Shown here: positions 19,130 to 26,586 of the stretch, piece after piece
Numbering within the stretch: the first letter of the stretch is position 1
Layout: every line of letters begins with the position of its first letter
NCBI GenBank assembly: GCA_030679895.1
Contig: JAUXSN010000026.1
Coordinates: 24,661 to 88,660 of the forward strand
Reading direction: 5' to 3'
Length of the DNA: 64,000 bases
DNA from: Candidatus Moraniibacteriota bacterium
Lineage (GTDB): Bacteria; Patescibacteriota; Minisyncoccia; Moranbacterales; UBA11712
The notes under the pieces: model-generated
Database searches by the model: none
What the model was told of the DNA's origin: nothing
The model's input: only the letters and a program-made list of their open reading frames with translations
Translations under genes and position numbers: made by a program

Positions 19130-19180
19130 TCCTAAAGTTCAACTTTCGGAACGCTTCCTAAAGTTGAACTTTAGGATTCA
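19130..19180. promoter_or_regulatory. Twin palindromes TCCTAAAGTTcAACTTTcGGA and TCCTAAAGTTgAACTTTAGGA between mraZ and rsmH
   Basis: Two tandem 21-bp inverted repeats of the TCCTAAAG-N5-CTTTAGGA type; the same design recurs at 55644..55691. Confidence 0.65.
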
Positions 19181-19185
19181 ACGAT

Positions 19186-19620
19186 CTAATATATCCCTAA
19201 CTTCCCTAGTTGCTCCGCGATGTCATCAGTGTTTTTTTCAGCTTCCTTTTTGTACTGGGCCCATTTCACGCTGTCCCAGACTTCAAGACGGTTATAGAGT
19301 CCGGCGATGACGACTTCTTTTTTGAGGCCGGCGTAAACTTTCAGATAGTCCGGAATCAGCACTCGTCCCAATTTATCAATGTCCGTATCGACCGCCCCGG
19401 CCAGCATCAAACGAACAAAACTTCTTGTCCCCGACTCCCCCATCGGAAGACTGCCCAGTTTCCCCGAGAGCTCCTCCCAGGTTTTCATCGGATATATAAA
19501 AAGACATTTATCAAGACCGCGGGTCACCACTGCTTTGCCGCCGAAATCATTTCTAAATTTGACCGGGATTGCCAGCCGCTTTTTCGGATCTACGTTGTGC
19601 GAGTATTCGCCGATAAACAT
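19186..19620 (-). CDS. mraZ: Transcriptional regulator MraZ
   Basis: MFIGEYSHNVDPKKRLAIPVKFR and a duplicated MraZ domain; 144 aa. Confidence 0.9.
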   Translation of the reverse strand: MFIGEYSHNVDPKKRLAIPVKFRNDFGGKAVVTRGLDKCLFIYPMKTWEELSGKLGSLPMGESGTRSFVRLMLAGAVDTDIDKLGRVLIPDYLKVYAGLKKEVVIAGLYNRLEVWDSVKWAQYKKEAEKNTDDIAEQLGKLGIY

Positions 19621-19665
19621 GAAATATCATTCTATCTTTATAAATTAAGAGGCAAGCGAAGCATT

Positions 19666-19712
19666 GACTTATCCCCAATTCGGCCGACTTATCCCCACTT
19701 CTATCCACTTTG
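19666..19712 (-). promoter_or_regulatory. Putative MraZ boxes: GTGG/TGGGG direct repeats at about 10-nt spacing upstream of mraZ
   Basis: The minus strand reads aaaGTGGatagaaGTGGGGataagtcggccgaatTGGGGataagt, 45-90 nt upstream of the mraZ ATG. Confidence 0.5.
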
Positions 19713-20087
19713 CAACACTGTAACTACATTCTAAACCACTTCAAAACATCGGTCAACACTTTAAACCAAAAATGAAAATGGCTTATATAAGCCACTCGAC
19801 ACCATTCTTACGCACAAGTTATCCACTTTCTCCCTGCCCCGTACCAATTCTATCGCCTTACCATCGGATAGCTGCAAAGCAAGGCGAAGCCGTTTCGCTC
19901 TTTCACGTGAATATCAAAAAAAGATAAATGGAATTGGCGCGGGGTTGCGCTCGTTTGAAAGTCATATTATAATTCCAGTGTAATATTCCGCACTAAAATG
20001 CCGATGCTGAATTTTTCTTAAATGCAACAGTGTATTAAGAGGCATATGAACATTTTGATGCGGGACAAGTAAAAACAAATATAAAAA

Positions 20088-20900
20088 ATGCAATCGGCTG
20101 ATGGGGGTTTTTTCTTTGCCAGCCAATTGCAAAATTCAAGAATGCCAAAAAAGAAAACCAGCGATAAAGACAAAGATCAGGAACTCCAAAAAATAGCCGC
20201 GATTCGTGAAATGATCGCCAATGCCGAACGGACCATCCAATCCGCCCGCGCGATGCTAACGCAAATTGAAGGACCTTCCGCAAGAATGTCCCGCCGGCCG
20301 GCAGCAATCAATGGGTCAGAAGAAGAAGGGGAAATCGTCGAAGGAGTTTTTGACGGACAAGTTATGATGGGAACCGACGGGAAACAATATCCAGTCCCGG
20401 CTAACTATGCTTCAAAATCAAAGTTAGTCGAGGGGGATATGATGAAACTTACAATCACCCCGGACGGTTCTTTTATTTATAAGCAAATCGGACCCGCTGA
20501 AAGAAAAAGGCTGATCGGAGTTGTCAGCCAGGATGATTTAGGGAACTATGTCGTCATTGCTGATGGCAAGGCTTATCGCGTCCTTCTTGCTTCTGTCACC
20601 TATTTCAAAGCCGAACCGGGAGACGAGGTGACCCTCGTTACTCCCAAGGACAGTGATTCGATTTGGGGAGCCATTGAAAATCTCGTCAAAAAAGGATCCA
20701 TGGGCGGATTTGGAATGGAGTCGAGCTTCGGTGAAGAAAATCAAGAAAAAGATTCTTATGAAAAATCTGAAGGCGAAACCTCGTCGATTGATACGGGAAA
20801 ATTCGGCCGGGATGGAAAATTGGAAAGCGACCTCATAGACGAATGGACGCCGGAACTGGAAAAATTGCGGGAAGAAGCCAGCAAGCCGGTTCAAAGCTAA
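20088..20900 (+). CDS. Hypothetical protein with two repeated beta-rich segments and an acidic C-terminus (start may be the internal ATG at 20142, MPKKK...)
   Basis: 270-aa ORF; internal repeats KQYPVPANY...LVEGDMMKLTITPDG and KAYRVLLASV...AEPGDEVTLVTPKD; no recognised family. Confidence 0.5.
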   Translation: MQSADGGFFFASQLQNSRMPKKKTSDKDKDQELQKIAAIREMIANAERTIQSARAMLTQIEGPSARMSRRPAAINGSEEEGEIVEGVFDGQVMMGTDGKQYPVPANYASKSKLVEGDMMKLTITPDGSFIYKQIGPAERKRLIGVVSQDDLGNYVVIADGKAYRVLLASVTYFKAEPGDEVTLVTPKDSDSIWGAIENLVKKGSMGGFGMESSFGEENQEKDSYEKSEGETSSIDTGKFGRDGKLESDLIDEWTPELEKLREEASKPVQS

Positions 20901-20960
20901 GCTTTGAGGAATCCGCCGATGAGGCGGAGGAAAAGGTCGAACCTTGGTTTAAAGGTCGGA
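20901..20960 (+). ncRNA. Gene-3'-end structured element, variant copy of the family-2 element at 21647 and 23430
   Basis: gctttGAGGAATccgccgatgaggcggAGGAAAAggtcgaacctt shares the GAGGAAT...AGGAAAA core with the other two copies but has a different inner hairpin. Confidence 0.5.
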
Positions 20961-21012
20961 CTTTGAGCAAAGCAAAAGAAATCGAACTCTTTTAATTTAA
21001 AATATAAAAACT

Positions 21013-21645
21013 ATGGCAAAAACAAAAACCAATCAGACACAAAATTTGACTTCACGAGATATTCTTTTTGGCGCCATTAACGGTCTTATTTTTGGCGCGC
21101 TGCTGCCGGTTGTCCTCAAGAATATGAACATCGCAATTTCCACGAATATGGGTTTCGTTATTGCTATAGCTTTTACTGTTCTTGCGGCAATTGGGGTGGC
21201 TATCGGCTATTTTCTGTCAAAGTATATAAAAATCATTTTCCAGATCGCTAAATTCGGATGCGTGGGCGCGGCTAATTTTGCGGTGGATATCGGAATCCTG
21301 AATCTCTTGATTTTCCTGTCGGGGACAGCTGTCGGAGTCGCCTATATCGCTTTCAAAGTGATTTCTTTCACCTTTGCCGTCACCAATAGCTATACCTGGA
21401 ACAAAATATGGACATTCAAAAAAGTTGACACAAAAGAAACGGGAAAAGAATTTGGCCAGTTTATTACGATCAGCGTAATTGGACTCATCTTAAACGCTGC
21501 CGTCGCGGGTTTTCTCGTGATTGTCATCGGGCCATTGGGTGGAATAAAAGTCAAAACCTGGGCCAGCGTCTCCGCTGCCGTGGCTTCCGTCTGCGTCATG
21601 GCTTGGAATTTTGTCGGATACAAATTTTGGGTGTTTAAGAAATAG
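21013..21645 (+). CDS. GtrA-family membrane protein (polysaccharide synthesis or translocation accessory)
   Basis: FGCVGAANFAVDIGILNLL motif and four TM helices typical of GtrA, after an N-terminal extension. Confidence 0.6.
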   Translation: MAKTKTNQTQNLTSRDILFGAINGLIFGALLPVVLKNMNIAISTNMGFVIAIAFTVLAAIGVAIGYFLSKYIKIIFQIAKFGCVGAANFAVDIGILNLLIFLSGTAVGVAYIAFKVISFTFAVTNSYTWNKIWTFKKVDTKETGKEFGQFITISVIGLILNAAVAGFLVIVIGPLGGIKVKTWASVSAAVASVCVMAWNFVGYKFWVFKK

Positions 21646-21646
21646 T

Positions 21647-21718
21647 ATAAAGCTAACAAAGGTTCGACCTTGAGGAATTGCAAGTGATAGCGAGCAAGGA
21701 AAAGGTCGAACCTTGAAA
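21647..21718 (+). ncRNA. Family-2 structured element: outer stem aggttcgacctt/aaggtcgaacct around the conserved core GAGGAATTGCAAGTGATAGCGAGCAAGGAAAA, followed by a small terminator
   Basis: The core is near-identical to the copy at 23443..23471 while the stems differ but remain complementary (compensatory changes). Confidence 0.55.
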
Positions 21719-21720
21719 GA

Positions 21721-21745
21721 ATAAGCGCCAAACGCTTTTTTATTT
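21721..21745 (+). terminator. Rho-independent terminator
   Basis: aagcgccaaacgcttttttatttt. Confidence 0.6.
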
Positions 21746-21787
21746 TGCTTTTTTGATTTTTTATCTCAAACGCTATAATATACCTTT

Positions 21788-23428
21788 ATGAGCACAACTC
21801 TTTACCGCAAATACCGTCCCTCTGATTTTTCCCAAGTAATCGGGCAGAAGCACGTCGTTCAGACTCTTCAGAACTCCATCAAAAGCGGCCGGATCGGCCA
21901 GGCTTATCTTTTTGCTGGCCCGCGGGGAACGGGAAAAACTTCAATTGCGCGAATATTCGCTAAAACAATAAACTGCGCTGCTAACTTGGAAACTAAGTTT
22001 CCAAGTGGCGAACCTTGCCTCAAATGCGATTCTTGCAAAACTATTCTTGACGGCCGCTCGCTCGACATCATCGAAATTGACGCCGCTTCCCACACCGGCG
22101 TGGACAACATCCGTGAACTTCGGGAAACAGTGAAGCTTCCGCCCACCTCTCTCAAATATAAAGTCTATATCATCGACGAAGTCCATATGCTTTCCGGAGG
22201 CGCTTTTAATGCCCTTCTTAAAACTCTTGAGGAACCTCCGGAACACGTCGTTTTCATCCTGGCGACCACTGAAGTCCACAAAATTCCGGAAACGATTCTT
22301 TCCCGGGTGCAAAGATTCGATTTCACCCGCTTGACAGTCGAGGAAATTATAGAAAGACTAAAACAAATCGCGAAACTCGAAAAAGTGAGCGTCGAGCCGG
22401 AAGCTCTCGAAATAATCGCCTCTTCCTCCGAAGGCGGAATGCGAAACGCCGAAAGCCTTTTGGGACAAGTGATCGCCCTTGAAGACAAAAAGATTACGGC
22501 CAAGGAAGTCGAATTCATCCTGGGAACGGTTTCGGAAAAAGAAATAGCCGATTTTGTCGGTCAATTAGTGGCACATAATTTTCCGGCTGTCTTTTCGAGA
22601 ATCGCCGACCTGCGGGAATCCGGCATCGATTTCAAAAATTTCGGCAAGTCGCTGCTCAATTATCTTCGACAGATGCTGGTCTTGAAGATAAATCCGGATC
22701 TTGGAAAAAAATTGTCATACGAACTAACCAAAGAGAGGCTGGGGCAGATCCAAAAACAAATTACCGAAATAGAAATTGATGCAATATTGGATATGATCAA
22801 TATTCTTCAGGAAAATACCGAGCGTTTCAAAAACAGCCAGATTCCCCAGCTGTATCTCGAAGCAAGTATTGCCAGCCTCACCGTAAATTCTGGCAAGTCT
22901 AGGCGGGCTGAAGCGGCTGTCAGCGAAGTTATTGATGCCTCCCCTGCTCCACCAATCGCAACTCAAATTAATAATAATAAAAAAGAAACAGCCGAGATCA
23001 AACAAGCTGCGGAAAATAAATCTTTTAAAACATCGGCCGAGCCTAAAAAAGAATTAGCTGAAGCGGTTAAAAAAGAAATCAGCGGCGACGACCTTGAACT
23101 CGTCCGCTCCAGATGGCTGGATATCATAGATTCGCTCAAAAGCTACAACCATTCCCTGTCGTCTGTCCTTAAAATGGCCAGCCCGTCTCTTATCGAAGGA
23201 AACAAACTGATTGTCAAAACAAAGTATGATTTCTACAAAGACAAAATCACCGAAACCCAAAATCGATTGACAATCGAAGACGCGATTGATAAGATAACAG
23301 GCGTTAATTTGAAAATAAAAACGCTCACCGAAAAAGAATTCCAAGCCGAATATCCGGACTTCAAAGAGAAAAAAAGCCTCCTTCAGGAAGCCGTGGATAT
23401 CTTCGGAGGGAAGATCGTAAAAGAATAG
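21788..23428 (+). CDS. dnaX: DNA polymerase III subunit gamma/tau
   Basis: GPRGTGKTS Walker A, Zn module CLKCDSC, DEVHML Walker B, SRVQRF sensor; 546 aa. Confidence 0.9.
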   Translation: MSTTLYRKYRPSDFSQVIGQKHVVQTLQNSIKSGRIGQAYLFAGPRGTGKTSIARIFAKTINCAANLETKFPSGEPCLKCDSCKTILDGRSLDIIEIDAASHTGVDNIRELRETVKLPPTSLKYKVYIIDEVHMLSGGAFNALLKTLEEPPEHVVFILATTEVHKIPETILSRVQRFDFTRLTVEEIIERLKQIAKLEKVSVEPEALEIIASSSEGGMRNAESLLGQVIALEDKKITAKEVEFILGTVSEKEIADFVGQLVAHNFPAVFSRIADLRESGIDFKNFGKSLLNYLRQMLVLKINPDLGKKLSYELTKERLGQIQKQITEIEIDAILDMINILQENTERFKNSQIPQLYLEASIASLTVNSGKSRRAEAAVSEVIDASPAPPIATQINNNKKETAEIKQAAENKSFKTSAEPKKELAEAVKKEISGDDLELVRSRWLDIIDSLKSYNHSLSSVLKMASPSLIEGNKLIVKTKYDFYKDKITETQNRLTIEDAIDKITGVNLKIKTLTEKEFQAEYPDFKEKKSLLQEAVDIFGGKIVKE

Positions 23429-23429
23429 A

Positions 23430-23485
23430 AAGCTAAGCTTTGAGGAATTGCGAGTAAAGCGAGCAAGGAAAAAGCTTAGCTTTGG
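23430..23485 (+). ncRNA. Family-2 structured element: stem agctaagcttt/aaagcttagct around the core GAGGAATTGCGAGTAAAGCGAGCAAGGAAAA
   Basis: Directly after the dnaX stop and before tRNA-Gln; the core is conserved with the copy at 21671..21700. Confidence 0.55.
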
Positions 23486-23498
23486 AAAAAATTAATTT

Positions 23499-23570
23499 TG
23501 GGGCGTCGCCAAGTGGTAAGGCAGGGGCCTTTGAAGCCCCCATTCGTGGGTTCGAATCCTACCGCCCCAG
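23499..23570 (+). tRNA. tRNA-Gln (anticodon TTG)
   Basis: Hand-folded tggggcgtcgccaagtggtaaggcaggggcctttgaagcccccattcgtgggttcgaatcctaccgccccag; anticodon loop cTTTGaa, T-loop TTCGAAT, 7-bp acceptor. Confidence 0.75.
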
Positions 23571-23677
23571 CTGATAGATTAAGGCTTAAAAAAAGCCTTT
23601 TTATGCTATCGTTTTCCATTTGACAAACAAATTCCAATGTGCTATGATAACGAATCTTAAATACCCATTCATTTGAT

Positions 23678-24688
23678 ATGAACATCCGGAAAATTCTCAT
23701 ACCGAATAAGCCTCACCTTGACCCGATAGCGGCCATATATTTGTTGCGTAAACACGGAAAGGAGAAATTTCCCGGAGTTGAGCGTGCCGAAATAGTTTTT
23801 TGGGAACATGCAAAAAATCCCAGCGAGAAAGAGGCAAGCGATTTTGAAAAAGAGGGCGGCTTGATGATTGACGTTGGCGGAGGCTTGTTCGACCATCACG
23901 GCGGAAAAAACAGCTCCGAAACCTCGACATCATTGGTGGCTTCCCATCTGGGCATAGAAAATAATCCCGAGGTGTCGGCGCTGCTCGGATACATCAGGGA
24001 AGATGACCTCGAGGGCCTTCACAACCGCTACGGCGATCTTGCCTACATCGTGAAATGCATGCACAAGCAGAATGTGCCTTCGGCAAAAGTCATTGAGTAT
24101 ATAATGCTCGCGATTGATTTCTTGCAGCTTAATCAGGACGAATGGCACCATGTGGTGAAAAAGGAATACGAAGAAAAATGCAAAGTAGTCATGGTGAAGC
24201 GCCCCAAAAGAAAAATAAAGCTTGGGGTGATCGAATCGGACAATGTGCAAGTCGGCAATTATGGAATTTCCGTCGATAATCTTTCCATTCTGATTCAGAA
24301 ACGTTCGACAGGCCATATTGTGATCCTGACCAATAAACATCACCGAATAAATTTGAGGGAAATTGTTGGCGCTATCAGAAAAAGAGAACTTGAATTGGCG
24401 GATTATGGAAAACCGATTGATCCGAAAAAGCTGCAGTTCGAAGGAAAAAACTCTCTTGTTCCCCAATGGTTTTTTCACCGGTCTCTCAACGCGTTCATGA
24501 ACGGATCGGACGCGCTGAATAAAGCGGATCCGACCAAAGTTCCGCTGGAAGAAATCATGAATTTGGTCTGGTATGGAATTACCGCGGAAATTTCCGAATA
24601 CTGCGATTGCGACAAGGGCGGAGAAATGTGTCCTTTCGCGCCATACGGATTTAGCAAATGCGAAGAGAGAAAAAACAGCCCAGCGTAA
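23678..24688 (+). CDS. Hypothetical protein with a DHH-phosphoesterase-like motif (IDVGGGLFDHHGG) and a C-terminal Cys cluster (CDCDKGGEMC...C)
   Basis: 336 aa; N-terminal HLDPIAA loosely resembles DHH motif I; family assignment is tentative. Confidence 0.5.
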   Translation: MNIRKILIPNKPHLDPIAAIYLLRKHGKEKFPGVERAEIVFWEHAKNPSEKEASDFEKEGGLMIDVGGGLFDHHGGKNSSETSTSLVASHLGIENNPEVSALLGYIREDDLEGLHNRYGDLAYIVKCMHKQNVPSAKVIEYIMLAIDFLQLNQDEWHHVVKKEYEEKCKVVMVKRPKRKIKLGVIESDNVQVGNYGISVDNLSILIQKRSTGHIVILTNKHHRINLREIVGAIRKRELELADYGKPIDPKKLQFEGKNSLVPQWFFHRSLNAFMNGSDALNKADPTKVPLEEIMNLVWYGITAEISEYCDCDKGGEMCPFAPYGFSKCEERKNSPA

Positions 24689-24790
24689 CAGTCCTATGAG
24701 GATGATATTTTCACCATGGGATTGCGACGCTATCATCGGTCGCAATAAAAATTCCGCAGCACATTCCAATACTGTATAAAGGGAGAAGAG

Positions 24791-25246
24791 ATGGCACAGA
24801 AAGGTGTTGTTCCGAGAGAAGTTCAGCGGCAAACGGTCTGGGGGCCAGAAGCGGCCTTCATCGGTATTGACAAGAACGCGGTTCTGAAGACTTATATCCC
24901 CGAAGGCAAAAAAAAGTCTCTCCAATACCTGGAATGCATGAAGGCTGTGGAGGGAGGATTCATTCCCCTCTACGTCTTCGGCGAAGGGGATCTGGAAATG
25001 ATCCGCGGGAAAAAGGTTCCCGCCGAGGTCGAGCTCCGGACCAAGCGCGAGCGCGGCCAGAAAATCCACTACCTGCGGGCAGAGATCCTGCCGCCGGATG
25101 CTGCCCGTCCGCAAGTCAAGCTTTATGTCGGTAGCGGAAAAGACGAGAACATTGTCCTGCTGGATAATTACCCGCGGCTGAAAGGCGCCGAGGAACTCCG
25201 GCGGTTCATTATCGGCTTCATCTCCACCACCAAAAAGGCGGCCTGA
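24791..25246 (+). CDS. Hypothetical protein (151 aa) in a GC-rich patch
   Basis: Good RBS (aagggagaagag) before the ATG and a terminator after; composition is clearly GC-richer than the flanks. Confidence 0.5.
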   Translation: MAQKGVVPREVQRQTVWGPEAAFIGIDKNAVLKTYIPEGKKKSLQYLECMKAVEGGFIPLYVFGEGDLEMIRGKKVPAEVELRTKRERGQKIHYLRAEILPPDAARPQVKLYVGSGKDENIVLLDNYPRLKGAEELRRFIIGFISTTKKAA

Positions 25247-25332
25247 AATCAGCGCCTCCAAGGAGGAAAAAAAATGGGCGGATGTGGATTTGTCTCTCAT
25301 TGAGACGCTCCCATCCGCCCTACCCCCCACTA

Positions 25333-25360
25333 CCCAAAACGCACTTTCGTGCGGTTTTTT
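25333..25360 (+). terminator. Rho-independent terminator
   Basis: aacgcactttcgtgcggttttttt. Confidence 0.6.
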
Positions 25361-25440
25361 TATTTTATACAAACTAATTAAAAATATTGCATTCCCGCTC
25401 CCCCATTGCCAAAAGACTCGTTGAAAGGTAAGGTTACCCT

Positions 25441-26397
25441 ATGATTACCGATGAAGTAAAAATTATCACGCGCGCCGGAAAAGGCGGAGACGGAATTGTG
25501 GCTTTTGATAAGATCAAGATGAGTCTCGGGCCGACCGGAGGAAAAGGCGGAGACGGCGGAAATGTTTTTTTTGAAAGCGTAAGGGATCTGACCGCGCTAA
25601 ACAAGTATAAACAAAGGAAAGAATATTTCGCCGGACCGGGCCGTAACGGAAAAGCGGATCGCTCCACCGGACATACTGGTCGAGACCTGACTTTGACCCT
25701 TCCTATCGGATCCGTTATTAAAAATCTCAAAACGGGGGCGGAATTTGAAATAACTACGGCCGGAGAAAAAATATTGGTCGCCAAAGGCGGCCTGGGAGGA
25801 CGAGGCAATTATCTTTTCCGATCTTCGAAAAACACCAGTCCGGAAGAATACGAGGAAGGAAAACCGGGAGAGAAAGCGGAATTTTTCATTGAACTGCGGC
25901 TCATTGCCGACATCGGGCTTGTCGGACTTCCCAATGCCGGAAAATCAAGTCTCTTGAATGAAATCACCAATGCCAATGTGAAAGTGGCCAACTACGCCTT
26001 CACGACGCTCGAACCGAATCTTGGAGTTTTGGATAATCTTGTCATCGCCGATATCCCCGGCCTTATCGAAGGCGCTTCGAAAGGAAAGGGCCTGGGCATT
26101 AAATTTTTGAAGCACATCCAAAGAACAAAAGTTTTGGTTCATTGCATTTCCCTCGAATCCGATGATCTGATGAAAGACTACAAGACCGTGCGAAAAGAAC
26201 TGGATGATTATTCAAAAAAGCTGACACAGAAAAAAGAGATTATCTTTCTCACGAAATCAGATCTCGTTTCAGAAGAAAAAATCACCGAAAACACGGCGCT
26301 AATGAAAAAAATCACACCGGAAGTTTATTCTGTTTCAATCCACGATTGGGACAGTCTGCAAAATTTGCTAAAGATACTATCCGACACTCAAGCATAG
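25441..26397 (+). CDS. obg: GTPase Obg/CgtA
   Basis: Gly-rich Obg fold (GKGGDGGNV), G1 GLPNAGKSSL and G3 DIPG motifs; 318 aa, short form without a C-terminal extension. Confidence 0.9.
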   Translation: MITDEVKIITRAGKGGDGIVAFDKIKMSLGPTGGKGGDGGNVFFESVRDLTALNKYKQRKEYFAGPGRNGKADRSTGHTGRDLTLTLPIGSVIKNLKTGAEFEITTAGEKILVAKGGLGGRGNYLFRSSKNTSPEEYEEGKPGEKAEFFIELRLIADIGLVGLPNAGKSSLLNEITNANVKVANYAFTTLEPNLGVLDNLVIADIPGLIEGASKGKGLGIKFLKHIQRTKVLVHCISLESDDLMKDYKTVRKELDDYSKKLTQKKEIIFLTKSDLVSEEKITENTALMKKITPEVYSVSIHDWDSLQNLLKILSDTQA

Positions 26398-26414
26398 TCC
26401 ATAACTCCAATCAG

Positions 26415-26443
26415 TTGACAAGACTCTATTTCTCTTATATACT
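26415..26443 (+). promoter_or_regulatory. Sigma70 promoter TTGACA-17-TATACT with about 140 nt leader for the DEAD-box helicase
   Basis: ttgacaagactctatttctcttatatact; the leader contains the hairpin aagcctttaggcttt. Confidence 0.6.
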
Positions 26444-26586
26444 ATACAAACGTAACTAAATCTCTTTGTTTTATATCTCTTAGTATTATTCCTCTAAGAA
26501 CTTCAAAGCCTTTAGGCTTTATCTAAAACTTATGAGACGAACTCGCCAAATTCTTTATTAAAGGCGAGAGGTTATTAGATAAAGCT

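Noticed and set aside
23930-25372. 480-aa minus-strand ORF spanning two plus-strand genes, the intergenic region and a terminator
   Set aside because: It starts at a TTG inside a terminator hairpin, its composition is F/L/R/H-rich as expected for antisense, and the plus-strand genes have an RBS, a terminator and protein-like sequence. I judge it an antisense artefact of the GC-rich patch.
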